Positions 18,282-26,970 of a stretch of 57,096 nt of DNA are shown here, piece by piece (within the stretch, counting starts at the first letter, position 1; every line of letters starts with the position of its first letter). The stretch comes from Acutalibacteraceae bacterium. Its GTDB lineage: Bacteria; Bacillota; Clostridia; Oscillospirales; Acutalibacteraceae. A model generated the notes under the pieces. It was not told the DNA's origin and made no database searches. It saw nothing but the letters and a program-made list of their open reading frames with translations. The position numbers and the translations under genes were made by a program. The stretch covers positions 1 to 57,096 of the forward strand of contig JBJEQK010000010.1 in NCBI GenBank assembly GCA_051881715.1. The letters run 5' to 3'.

Positions 18282-19237
18282 TGAAACGTTTCACTGCCTC
18301 CCTGCTCACCTTGCTGTTGCTGTGCCTTTGCGGATGCACAGCGCAGGAAAACACCGAAACTGCACCGACCTTCACCGAAGCGGTCACATTCACCGACGCA
18401 CTGGATCGGGTCGTCACCCTTTCCCGGCAGCCGCAGCGTGTCGCCGCTCTGCTGGGAAGCTTCGCAGACGTCTGGCTTTTGTCCGGCGGAACGCTTTGTG
18501 CCGCCCCGGAGGATGCATGGGATGACTTTGAACTGGAGCTTGGAGATGCCGTCAATCTCGGCGGTGCCCATTCTCCGAGTTTGGAAACGCTGCTCAGCGC
18601 CGACCCTGATTTTGTCATCGCCAGCGCATCCACTGCCGCTGACGTGGAAATGCAGGAAGTGCTGGAGAATGCCGGAATCCCTACAGCTTATTTTGACGTA
18701 GACTGTTTTGCGGATTATCTCGATATGCTGCGCATCTGCACCGACATCACCGGCAGGAAAGATCTCTACCGCCAAAACGGCACAGACCTGCAAGCACGCA
18801 TTGACACCGTTCGGGAGAACTGTCTGCGTGCCGACCTGTCCGAACACGAGCGCACAGTGCTTTTGCTCAGGACTTCCTCCGGCTCGGTCAAGGCTAAGGG
18901 AAGCGAGGGCACCATTCTCGGAGAGATGCTCTCCGACCTTGGCTGTATCAATATTACGGATAGGGACGACGCCCTGACGGATTCCCTGAGTGTGGAGAGT
19001 GTCATCCGCCAAAATCCCTACCACATTTTTGTCGTCACCATGGGAAACGATACGCAAAAGGCCATGGACAATCTGACGAATATGATGGATGAGGATCCTG
19101 CATGGGGAAGCCTCGATGCGGTTCGGGAAAACCGACTGTACGTCATGGACCGCAAACTGTTCAACACCAAACCAAATGCAAAATGGGCGGAATCGTATGA
19201 AGAACTCGGCAAAATACTGCTCGAAACAGACAAGTAA
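18281..19237 (+). CDS. ABC substrate-binding lipoprotein, iron-chelate/cobalamin (FecB/BtuF, cluster A-II) type
   Basis: MKRFTASLLTLLLLCLCGCT lipobox, and class-8 periplasmic binding protein features (RVAALLGSFADVW, PDFVIAS, NTKPNAKWAESYEEL). The ATG overlaps the upstream stop (TGATG). Confidence 0.85.
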   Translation: MKRFTASLLTLLLLCLCGCTAQENTETAPTFTEAVTFTDALDRVVTLSRQPQRVAALLGSFADVWLLSGGTLCAAPEDAWDDFELELGDAVNLGGAHSPSLETLLSADPDFVIASASTAADVEMQEVLENAGIPTAYFDVDCFADYLDMLRICTDITGRKDLYRQNGTDLQARIDTVRENCLRADLSEHERTVLLLRTSSGSVKAKGSEGTILGEMLSDLGCINITDRDDALTDSLSVESVIRQNPYHIFVVTMGNDTQKAMDNLTNMMDEDPAWGSLDAVRENRLYVMDRKLFNTKPNAKWAESYEELGKILLETDK

Positions 19238-20222
19238 AATTAAACGGCTGTATGCGGCGGGATTTTTGTTTCTCCTGCTCGCCGTTGCCGCCGGCTTGCT
19301 GCTCGGCAGTACGACCCTTTCCCTTGCGGAGATACGCCGGGCATTCACCGACGGCTTCGACGCTTCGGCAGGCACACGGATCTTTGCCTATGTCCGACTG
19401 CCGAGAACGGCGGCCACACTGCTTTGCGGTGCGGCGCTCGCCGTTTCCGGCGCAGTGATCCAAGCCGTTTTTGCCAACCGCCTCGCTTCTCCGAGCATCA
19501 TCGGCGTCAATGCCGGTGCGGGACTTGCTGTGACGGTATGTACGGCACTCGGGATCTACGGCGGGTGGCGGCTGTCCGCCTTTGCCTTTCTCGGCGCATT
19601 CGGCGCTGTGGCACTGGTCAGTCTGGGCGCGCGAAAATGGGGTGCGTCCCGTGGTACGGTGATCCTGATCGGCGTGGCGCTGAACAGTCTGCTGGGCGCG
19701 GTCAGCGACACGATCGTTACCTTCTGTCCCGATGTAGGCGTCATGCGCAACGATTTCAAGATCGGCGAATTTACGGCGGTGACCTACCCGAAGCTGATTC
19801 CTGCCGCAGTGCTGATTTTTCTCACTGTGGTCATTCTGCTTACCCTGACCAACGAGCTGGAAGTGCTCACCTTGGGCGAGGACAACGCCAAAGGGCTGGG
19901 GATGAATACATCGCTCATGCGCACACTGTTTCTGCTGTTGGCGGCACTCCTTGCCGGCTGCGCGGTCAGCCTTGCGGGGCTTTTGTCCTTTGTCGGGCTG
20001 ATCGTTCCCCACGCTGTCCGCCGTCTCGCCGGCAGTAAAGCTTCCGGGCTTCTGGGGCTGTGTGCCCTGTACGGCGCCGCTTTTGTGTGTCTGTGCGACA
20101 CCATTGCCAGAACGGCATTTGCCCCCTACGAGATCCCCGTAGGCATTATCATGGCCTTCCTCGGTGCGCCCTTCTTCGTGTTTATTCTCATTAAGGGAAA
20201 GGGAGGGCACGCCCGTGATTGA
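19197..20222 (+). CDS. FecCD-family ABC permease
   Basis: Typical FecCD sequence (LRLPRTAATLLCGAALAVSGAVIQ, LTLGEDNAKGLG, IPVGIIMAFLGAPFFVFIL). Start taken at the ATG at 19197; the longer track ORF lies inside the upstream gene. Confidence 0.8.
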   Translation: MKNSAKYCSKQTSKIKRLYAAGFLFLLLAVAAGLLLGSTTLSLAEIRRAFTDGFDASAGTRIFAYVRLPRTAATLLCGAALAVSGAVIQAVFANRLASPSIIGVNAGAGLAVTVCTALGIYGGWRLSAFAFLGAFGAVALVSLGARKWGASRGTVILIGVALNSLLGAVSDTIVTFCPDVGVMRNDFKIGEFTAVTYPKLIPAAVLIFLTVVILLTLTNELEVLTLGEDNAKGLGMNTSLMRTLFLLLAALLAGCAVSLAGLLSFVGLIVPHAVRRLAGSKASGLLGLCALYGAAFVCLCDTIARTAFAPYEIPVGIIMAFLGAPFFVFILIKGKGGHARD

Positions 20223-20970
20223 GCTGCAAAATATCACTGTCGGCTACGGCGAAAAACCCGTTTTAAACGAACTGTCACTGACACTCCCCAAGGGGAAACT
20301 CCTCTCCTTGATCGGCGCAAACGGTTCGGGAAAAAGCACACTGCTGAAAGCGATCGTCGGCATTGTGCAAAGCAGTGCAGGCAAAATCCTCATTGACGGC
20401 AAACCATCCACAGAGATGTCCCGCCGGGAACCGGCAAAAAAAATCGCCTATCTTCCTCAGGGCAAAAGTGTCCCGGACATGACGGTCGGGCAGATGGTTC
20501 TGCACGGACGGTTCCCTCACCTGCACTATCCCCGGCGATACAGCGAAAAGGACAGGCAGATCGCTCGGGACGCACTTCGGAAAATGGGATTGGAGTCCCT
20601 TATTGACAGACCGCTCTCCTCCCTTTCGGGCGGTATGCGGCAAAACGCCTATATTGCCATGGCGCTCACGCAAGACGCCGACTACATCCTTTTGGATGAA
20701 CCTACAACGTATCTGGACATTGCCAACCAAGTGGAGCTGATGCGCATACTGCGCGCACTCGCAAAGAACGGAAAAGGCGTTGTGACCGTTATGCACGATC
20801 TTCCCCTCGCCTTTGGCTTTTCCGACAGCATCGCCGCCATCCGCAACGGACACATCGCTGTCTGTGACACGCCGCAAGCCGTTTGCGGCACCGGCATTGT
20901 TTCGGATATTTTCGGTATAGAACTGCGATATGCCGCAGCCGAAAACGTATACCATTACCGATACATGTAA
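20215..20970 (+). CDS. ABC ATP-binding protein, FepC/FecE type
   Basis: GTG start behind a GGGAGGG RBS, overlapping the permease stop. Walker A GANGSGKST, signature LSGGMRQ, and Walker B ILLDEPTTYLD. Confidence 0.85.
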   Translation: MIELQNITVGYGEKPVLNELSLTLPKGKLLSLIGANGSGKSTLLKAIVGIVQSSAGKILIDGKPSTEMSRREPAKKIAYLPQGKSVPDMTVGQMVLHGRFPHLHYPRRYSEKDRQIARDALRKMGLESLIDRPLSSLSGGMRQNAYIAMALTQDADYILLDEPTTYLDIANQVELMRILRALAKNGKGVVTVMHDLPLAFGFSDSIAAIRNGHIAVCDTPQAVCGTGIVSDIFGIELRYAAAENVYHYRYM

Positions 20971-21057
20971 CCGCCGCTTTATGAAAAACCGGATCGCCCG
21001 TGCTAAATCTGCCCAAAAAGCGGTATACTATCCATAGCAGAAAACGGGAGGTTTGCT

Positions 21058-21978
21058 ATGGAACACATATACGATACGGTCATCCTCGGCGGCGGACCTG
21101 CGGGCTATACTGCCGCACTGTATGCGGCACGCGCAGGGCTGAACACGGTTTTGCTGGAGAAGATGTCCCCCGGCGGTCAAATGGCACTGACCGGCGAAAT
21201 CGACAATTATCCCGGCTTTGAAACCGGGATCGACGGCTTTACCCTCGGCATGAAAATGCAGAAAGCCGCGCAAAGCGTCGGTGCCGAAACACAATATGCC
21301 GAAGTTACAGGCACCGACCTGTCCGACAAGGTCAAAAGTCTACAGACCGCAAAGGGTATTTACCGTGCAAAAACCGTTATCCTTTCCACCGGCGCCGCTC
21401 CGCGCCCCCTCGGCCTCGAGGGAGAGCAGTCGCTTCTCGGCAGAGGGGTGCACTACTGTGCCCATTGTGACGGCAGATTCTATAAAGGCAAAATCGTTGC
21501 TGTGGTGGGCGGTGGAAATTCTGCCGCGGCAGATGCGCTGTATCTTGCGGGACTTGCCGAAAAGGTATACGTACTGCATCGGCGGGACATTTTGCGCTGT
21601 GCCCAAATCTATCGCAACGCTTTGCAACACGCAAAAAATGTGCAGATTCTCTTCAACTGCACCGTCGCCGCATGGATCACAGAGGGCAAACTCACCGGCA
21701 TCCAAGTGCAAAACACCCTCACGGGGAACATCTTCCCACTACGGTGTGACGGCGTATTTGTCAGTATCGGCAGAACGCCTGTCACCGGCTTTCTCTCGGG
21801 TGCAGTTGCACTGGACGAAAACGGGTACATTCTTGCCGATGAGTCCACCAAAACGAGCGTTCCCGGCGTGTTTGCCGCAGGCGATGTGCGCACAAAGCTT
21901 CTTCGGCAGGTCGTCACTGCCGCCGCAGACGGCGCTGTCGCGGCACACTGCGCCGAGATGTATTTAAGGCAAATTTGA
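21058..21978 (+). CDS. trxB: thioredoxin-disulfide reductase
   Basis: GGGPAGYTAALYAAR FAD motif, redox-active CAHCDG, and GGGNSAAADALYL NADPH motif. Confidence 0.9.
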   Translation: MEHIYDTVILGGGPAGYTAALYAARAGLNTVLLEKMSPGGQMALTGEIDNYPGFETGIDGFTLGMKMQKAAQSVGAETQYAEVTGTDLSDKVKSLQTAKGIYRAKTVILSTGAAPRPLGLEGEQSLLGRGVHYCAHCDGRFYKGKIVAVVGGGNSAAADALYLAGLAEKVYVLHRRDILRCAQIYRNALQHAKNVQILFNCTVAAWITEGKLTGIQVQNTLTGNIFPLRCDGVFVSIGRTPVTGFLSGAVALDENGYILADESTKTSVPGVFAAGDVRTKLLRQVVTAAADGAVAAHCAEMYLRQI

Positions 21979-23178
21979 GCGCAACTCCCTGCTTGCGCAA
22001 ACAAAACCCGAAAGCAAAAGCAGTGCGACACCCGAACCAATCATGATCCATTGCAGCGATACTTTGTCTGCCATCGGTCCGAATACAGCCATTCCCACGG
22101 GTAAAAAGCCGGAGTACATGGCGCCCAGAAGTCCGAATACACGTCCCTGCATAGACATTTCTGCTTTTTCCTGAATCCATGTGGTCGTTGCTGTCTGAAC
22201 CATCGTGATGGCTATACCATAAACAAACATCAGCACAAGGTACAGGATAAACTGCTTCGACAGTCCCATGCCCATCGCCAATGCGCCAAAAATGATCAGC
22301 CCAAGAGCCATGGTTTGGACACGGTTTTGAAATCCTCCCCAAGCGCTCATCAGCAGACCACCCACTACCATGCCGATAAATCCGGCCAATTCCACTGCGG
22401 TCAGATGCCAATAGGTTTCTCCGTAAACACGGCGCACAAACAGCTGTGAAAGGAAGCCCGCCGGCACACACAGAAAAATGAAAAGCCCGTAGACGGTCAA
22501 AATCTTCGCAAGAAGTCTATTGCCGAGGGTGTATTGAATACCTGTTTTTATGTCGGCAAGCACAGAAACTTCTTTGCTTTGCGGTGTCTGCTTTGGGAGC
22601 ATCACCGCCGAGAGCAGTCCAATGCCCACGAAAGCGGTCGCAATATCTATCATAAGCGTAGAACTTAGCGTGCTAACGCTCAGCAATGCTCCGGCTGCCG
22701 CAGGTGCTGCGAACTGCACGACCGATTGCATCGTGGCATTTATTCCGTTAAAGCGCATGATTTGATTCTCCGGCACAAGCTGTGGAATCACCGCATTCAC
22801 CGCCGGTGTTTGCACGCCTGCCCCGAAAGAACGGATGACAGACATCGCAAGCAAGCCGCGAAGAATGACGGTTTTATCCGTAATATGCCCAATGGCCGAT
22901 ACCATCAGGAGCGTTGCAAGGGCAATCACGGAATCGGCTCCGATAATCAGCTTTTTTCGGCTGTGGCGATCCGCCCATGCGCCCGCAGCAAAAGAAATCA
23001 AAAACTGCGGCAGATAAGAACATACGGTGAATGCGGCAACCCATGCCCCCGATGAAGTCTGCATCGTCACATACCACACGATGGCCATTTGAACGAGCGT
23101 TGAGCCAAATAATGTGATGCACTGACTTGTCAAAAACAGAATTGCTTGCTTTTTCCAGCTTTTTTGTGTTTCAGTCAT
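21964..23178 (-). CDS. MFS transporter (drug/enterobactin-exporter-like, 12 TM)
   Basis: Hydrophobic 404-aa protein with the MFS loop motif AGAWADRHSRKKL between TM2 and TM3. Its 3' end overlaps trxB convergently by 15 nt. Confidence 0.85.
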   Translation of the reverse strand: MTETQKSWKKQAILFLTSQCITLFGSTLVQMAIVWYVTMQTSSGAWVAAFTVCSYLPQFLISFAAGAWADRHSRKKLIIGADSVIALATLLMVSAIGHITDKTVILRGLLAMSVIRSFGAGVQTPAVNAVIPQLVPENQIMRFNGINATMQSVVQFAAPAAAGALLSVSTLSSTLMIDIATAFVGIGLLSAVMLPKQTPQSKEVSVLADIKTGIQYTLGNRLLAKILTVYGLFIFLCVPAGFLSQLFVRRVYGETYWHLTAVELAGFIGMVVGGLLMSAWGGFQNRVQTMALGLIIFGALAMGMGLSKQFILYLVLMFVYGIAITMVQTATTTWIQEKAEMSMQGRVFGLLGAMYSGFLPVGMAVFGPMADKVSLQWIMIGSGVALLLLSGFVCASRELRSNLP

Positions 23179-23202
23179 GATTTTTATCTCCTTTCCTTTT
23201 GC

Positions 23203-23238
23203 AAAAAAAGAATACCACCAACAGGAACATTGGTGGTA
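23203..23238 (-). terminator. intrinsic terminator after the MerR-like gene
   Basis: TACCACCAA/TTGGTGGTA 9-bp stem (23213-23221/23230-23238), followed on the minus strand by UUCUUUUUUUG. Confidence 0.55.
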
Positions 23239-23248
23239 AAATGGAGGG

Positions 23249-23992
23249 TTATAAAAATCTGACTTTCATCTCCTGCAGCATGGATAAAATTTTGCAGGCA
23301 TTGTCCTCCGCTGCAGACAAAGAAACGATCAGCCTGTCGCAGGCAGAAATAATGTCTGCGTCCGGGTTCGGCGTGTTCAGACTTTCCGCAATGTCTGTAT
23401 GCGGATTTTCGGAAAGTTGCCGAAGCATCTGCAAAATTGCCTGCAAAGAATAGTTGGCACATCGCAGAGAGCGAATAATGATCAGGCGCTGTATGTCCGC
23501 ATCCGTATAGACACGGTACCCATTCTGTTTCCTTTTGACCGTCAGCAGACCGTTCATCTCCCAATTTCTCAGAGCGTCCATGGAGATCCCTACGTATTCC
23601 GATGCTTCTTTTCTCTTGAGAAAATGCGTGCTTTCCGGCACATTTGCGGAAAGGATCTGCTCAACAATCCGGATTGCTTTCTCGGCATTGGCACGTTCCT
23701 GCCGAATCTGCAAAAGATACTCTTTCGCAAGAGAAAGCGCCGCTGTGAAATCCCCCGCGGCGGATGCTTTTACTGCCTGCAGCATTTTCTGCCTTAACCC
23801 ATTCTGTAAAATTTCCACCTGAAGCGCAAGTCGGACGAGCCGGAGTTGTTCGATATGAAAATCCGTAAACACCCTGTACCCGTTGGACTGTCGCTCCGGC
23901 TTAGGGATCAGCTCCAGCTTCTCATACAGCCGGACAGTGTTGGGATGGACGCCAACCTTTTTGGCAACCTCAGCGGTTCGATATGTACGCAT
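23249..23992 (-). CDS. MerR-family regulator with two tandem MerR HTH modules
   Basis: Start at MRTYRTAEVAKKVGVHPNTVRLYEKLELIPKPERQSNGYRVFT (module 1). The second module is EASEYVGISMDALRNWEMNGLLTVKRKQNGYRVYT. GGGAGGAG RBS. Confidence 0.8.
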   Translation of the reverse strand: MRTYRTAEVAKKVGVHPNTVRLYEKLELIPKPERQSNGYRVFTDFHIEQLRLVRLALQVEILQNGLRQKMLQAVKASAAGDFTAALSLAKEYLLQIRQERANAEKAIRIVEQILSANVPESTHFLKRKEASEYVGISMDALRNWEMNGLLTVKRKQNGYRVYTDADIQRLIIIRSLRCANYSLQAILQMLRQLSENPHTDIAESLNTPNPDADIISACDRLIVSLSAAEDNACKILSMLQEMKVRFL

Positions 23993-24152
23993 CTGCCAAT
24001 CTCCTCCCTTTTCGGGAACAGTATACCACACTGCAAAAGTCTGGTGTTATAGTGGATGGTTTATCCCATCCGAAAACGGACAGGCAACCGTGCCGTTCTT
24101 CCTGCTGTGATTATCTTTCGGCACACACAATAAATAGGAAAGTAAAAGAACA

Positions 24153-24187
24153 TAAAACAAAAATCCGCCCTCCTGTGAGAGCGGATT
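24153..24187 (-). terminator. intrinsic terminator after tRNA-Leu
   Basis: AATCCGC/GCGGATT stem (24162-24168/24181-24187), followed on the minus strand by UUUUGUUUU. Confidence 0.5.
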
Positions 24188-24193
24188 GTATTT

Positions 24194-24280
24194 TGGTGCC
24201 GGTGGCGGGGGTCGAACCCGCACGGTATCGCTACCACTGGATTTTGAGTCCAGCACGTCTGCCAATTCCATCACACCGGC
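24194..24280 (-). tRNA. tRNA-Leu (anticodon CAA), type II with long variable arm, CCA encoded
   Basis: Minus strand reads GCCGGTG...CTGGA-CTCAAAA-TCCAG...GCGGGTTCGACCCCCGC-CACCGGC-A-CCA. It has a 7-bp acceptor stem, anticodon loop CUCAAAA, a TTCGA T-loop and a 15-nt variable arm. Confidence 0.9.
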
Positions 24281-24336
24281 GAATCAGCTTATTTATTATA
24301 CTGCATACATTAGAAAAAATCAATAGGAAAATAAAA

Positions 24337-24627
24337 TTATTTGCTGATTTTATCCATCACCAGATCGTAGCCGCCTGTGCCGTAGTGCAGACAGCGGTTG
24401 ACGCGGGAAACGGTGGTCGTGGATGCGCCGGTACGCTGGGCGATGGCGGCAACGGTCTCCCCGCTTTTCAAAAGTCTGGCAACCTCCAAACGCTGGGCAA
24501 TGTCCCGAATCTCCTTGATGGTGCAGACATCCTCAAAAAAGCGATAACAATCCTCTTCGGTCTTGAGTGTAAGGATTGCCTGAAAAAGAAGATCGGTTTC
24601 CGGGGACTGAATTTTGCTGTCGTACAT
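24337..24627 (-). CDS. YerC/YecD family TrpR-like protein
   Basis: LFQAILTLKTEEDCYRFFEDVCTIKEIRDIAQRLEVARLL...TTTVSRVNRCLHYG matches the YerC/YecD pattern. Confidence 0.8.
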   Translation of the reverse strand: MYDSKIQSPETDLLFQAILTLKTEEDCYRFFEDVCTIKEIRDIAQRLEVARLLKSGETVAAIAQRTGASTTTVSRVNRCLHYGTGGYDLVMDKISK

Positions 24628-24688
24628 GGCGGCCTCCGATGTATATTACTGTAGAAACATAGTATCATAACAGTAAAAAAAAGTCAAG

Positions 24689-25429
24689 TCAGAATCCGTT
24701 TGCACGTTTGTATTCCATGCCCACGTTGCTGTCGGTGTACAGTGTGAATTCGGATGCGCGCACAGAGCTTCCGATTGTCTGCCCGCAAATATAGCCGAAC
24801 GCTCTTTCTCCGATATAGGAAACGGCTCCGGGCAAGGTCACGCTTTGAAGCGCAGGGTCATTGAAAAAAGCTTCTTTTTCGATTGTTTGAACGGGTGCGG
24901 AAAAAATCACCGTTTTCAGTTTCGGGCAATCCGCAAACGCCGCCTCACCGATTCGGCACACCCCGTCAATTTCCACCCTTTCCAATCGGGACATCCCGCT
25001 GAATGCACCCTCGGCGATCTCTGTTACATTCCCGGGAATCTTGATCTGCGTCAACTTCGGGCACTGGGAAAAGGCATATTGTCCCACATAATCGAGGGAT
25101 GACGGCAAAATCAGTTCCTCCAGTCCGTCACAGCCGTAAAAGGCATACTCCCCGATCCTTTGCACAGACGCCGGAAACTGCACAGATCGGACAGCGTGGT
25201 TTTCATAAAATGCTCGGTCGGAAACCGCAGTCACCCGTTTGCCCGCTATCTCCCCGGGCAGAACGACCTCACTCTTTGTGCCCGTATATAGGCAGATCAT
25301 TGCTGTGTCTGCGGAAAATGAATATTCAAAAAGCTTTTCTTCCGCACGCTCCCATCGTTGCACGGCAAGAAAAGCACTGCCGCACAAAACAGCGGCCGAA
25401 AGAAAAAATGCACAGGCTCTGCGCCACAT
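24689..25429 (-). CDS. BspA-type leucine-rich-repeat surface protein
   Basis: N-terminal anchor, then ~22-aa repeats of the form I.IP..V..IG..AF..C..L (for example LILPSSLDYVGQYAFSQCPKLTQIKIPGNVTEIAEGAFSG). Confidence 0.8.
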   Translation of the reverse strand: MWRRACAFFLSAAVLCGSAFLAVQRWERAEEKLFEYSFSADTAMICLYTGTKSEVVLPGEIAGKRVTAVSDRAFYENHAVRSVQFPASVQRIGEYAFYGCDGLEELILPSSLDYVGQYAFSQCPKLTQIKIPGNVTEIAEGAFSGMSRLERVEIDGVCRIGEAAFADCPKLKTVIFSAPVQTIEKEAFFNDPALQSVTLPGAVSYIGERAFGYICGQTIGSSVRASEFTLYTDSNVGMEYKRANGF

Positions 25430-25481
25430 ACGATCCCCTCCACAAATTTCATCCTATGAAACAGGGCAAAAGGATATGCAA

Positions 25482-25507
25482 AAACGGCACCCAATCAGAT
25501 GCCGTTT
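25482..25507 (-). terminator. distal copy of the duplicated oad-operon terminator hairpin (full U-tract)
   Basis: Minus strand reads AAACGGCAUCUGAUUGGGUGCCGUUU, followed by UUGC. The 9-bp stem is GAAACGGCA/UGCCGUUUC. It is a direct repeat of 25746-25771. Confidence 0.6.
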
Positions 25508-25745
25508 CAGACTGTCGATAAAGGCGCCCGAGCGCATACATGACAGTGCTAAAAAAGCCAGAAGCATCGGCAAAGACATAGGAAACACGAGCAGCGACAC
25601 GGCATCGAACCGTTTCGCTGCTCGTATGCTTGCCGCTTTTTCGGGCTCGGAGTACCCTTGTACGCCTATCGCCCGAAGAAAACGGCATCGGGCATCCTTT
25701 CTCGCCAGCCTGCCAGCTTGTCGAAAATGCTTTTTCGACAAGCTG
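25508..25745 (-). repeat. copy 1 (238 bp) of a structured terminator-associated repeat (MITE-like element or 3'-UTR ncRNA candidate)
   Basis: By eye ~85-90% identical to 39170-39406 and 34501-34704 when reverse-complemented. Sense strand starts CAGCTTGTCGAAAAAGCATTTTCGACAAGCT and ends ...TATCGACAGTCTG. Confidence 0.8.
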
Positions 25746-25771
25746 AAACGGCACCCATGCGGATGCCGTTT
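25746..25771 (-). terminator. proximal copy of the duplicated terminator hairpin, 12 nt after the oadB stop, U-tract truncated to UUU
   Basis: Minus strand reads AAACGGCAUCCGCAUGGGUGCCGUUU, followed directly by CAGC of the repeat. It differs from 25482-25507 only at three loop positions. Confidence 0.6.
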
Positions 25772-25783
25772 CAGATGACGTTA

Positions 25784-26956
25784 TTAACCGAACACGTACA
25801 GCAGGAAACCTGCCGCAACAGCGGAACCGATGACGCCGGCCACATTGGGTCCCATGGCGTGCATCAGAAGGAAGTTGGACGGGTTCGCTTTCTGTCCCTC
25901 TGCCTGTGCCACACGGGCAGCCATGGGAACAGCCGAAACACCTGCGGAACCGATCAAGGGATTGATCTTGCCGCCGGAAAGCTTGCACATCAGCTTGCCG
26001 AAAAGCAAGCCGCCAATGGTGGCAAAGCAGAACGCCAGCAGACCAAGAACAATGATCTTGATCGTTTCCCAAGAAAGGAATCGGTCATACACTGCCGTTG
26101 CACCGACCGAAATGCCTAAGAAAATCGTGATGATGTTCATCAGTGCATTCTGCGCCGTATCCGCCAATCTGTCCGTCACACCGCACTCCTTGAGCAAATT
26201 GCCGAGCATCAGACAGCCGATCAGGGATGCGACCGAAGGAAGAATCAACACAGTCAGGATCGTCACCGCAATGGGGAAGATGATCTTGACGGTTTTGGAA
26301 ACGGGCTTGAGGGTATCCATCTTGATCTCGCGTTCTTTCTTGGTGGTGAGCAAGCGCATCAGCGGAGGCTGGATCAGAGGGATCAGCGCCATGTAGGAGT
26401 ACGCCGCAATGGCGATGGGACCCAAATACTCGGGCGCCAAGGTCTTGGTCACGAAGATTGCCGTCGGGCCGTCCGCACCGCCGATGATGGCGATGGCCGC
26501 CGCAACATTGGTGTCAAAGCCCAGAACGACCGCCAGAATCAATGCGCAGTAAATACCGAACTGCGCCGCCGCACCGAGAAGCAGGGACTTCGGGTTGGAA
26601 AGAAGCGGTCCGAAATCCGTCATGGCACCGACGCCCAAGAAGATCAGCGACGGGTAGATGCCGGTTTTGACGCCGATATACAGGTAGTCCAAAAAGCCGC
26701 CGTCATGCAAAATGTCGGCATAGCTGATGCTTGTTCCACTCCACAGCTCCGGGTGGTACAACCCGGCCACCGGGAGATTGGTCAGCAGCATACCGAATGC
26801 GATACCGACGAGAAGAAGCGGTTCAAATTTTTTACGAATGCCGAGGTACAGCAGAGCACAGGCAATACCGATCATGACAAACTGACGCCAGTCAGCCAGA
26901 CCGAAAAAGCCGGAATTCTCCCACAAGCCTCGGAGTGAATCCACGATCATCTGCAT
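25784..26956 (-). CDS. oadB: Na+-transporting oxaloacetate decarboxylase beta subunit (OadB/GcdB/MmdB family)
   Basis: MQMIVDSLRGLWENSGF...FEPLLLVGIAFGMLLTNLP and the conserved segments IGGADGPT and GSAGVSAVPMAARV. Confidence 0.9.
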   Translation of the reverse strand: MQMIVDSLRGLWENSGFFGLADWRQFVMIGIACALLYLGIRKKFEPLLLVGIAFGMLLTNLPVAGLYHPELWSGTSISYADILHDGGFLDYLYIGVKTGIYPSLIFLGVGAMTDFGPLLSNPKSLLLGAAAQFGIYCALILAVVLGFDTNVAAAIAIIGGADGPTAIFVTKTLAPEYLGPIAIAAYSYMALIPLIQPPLMRLLTTKKEREIKMDTLKPVSKTVKIIFPIAVTILTVLILPSVASLIGCLMLGNLLKECGVTDRLADTAQNALMNIITIFLGISVGATAVYDRFLSWETIKIIVLGLLAFCFATIGGLLFGKLMCKLSGGKINPLIGSAGVSAVPMAARVAQAEGQKANPSNFLLMHAMGPNVAGVIGSAVAAGFLLYVFG

Positions 26957-26970
26957 CAGACGATCCCCCT

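Noticed and set aside
23983-24654. A 223-aa plus-strand ORF spanning the tRNA-Leu locus and the yerC-like gene.
   Set aside because: It overlaps a canonical tRNA and the antisense of a well-conserved YerC/YecD gene, and it has no motifs or RBS.
25508-25745. The possibility that the element is a class C (terminator-targeting) group II intron, or a remnant of one.
   Set aside because: It is only ~204-238 nt long, has no 5' GUGYG, has no recognisable domain V/VI (no AGC-containing 34-nt hairpin of the usual form), and has no RT ORF. Group II intron insertion also does not duplicate the target. The terminator preference is similar, but the mechanism must differ.
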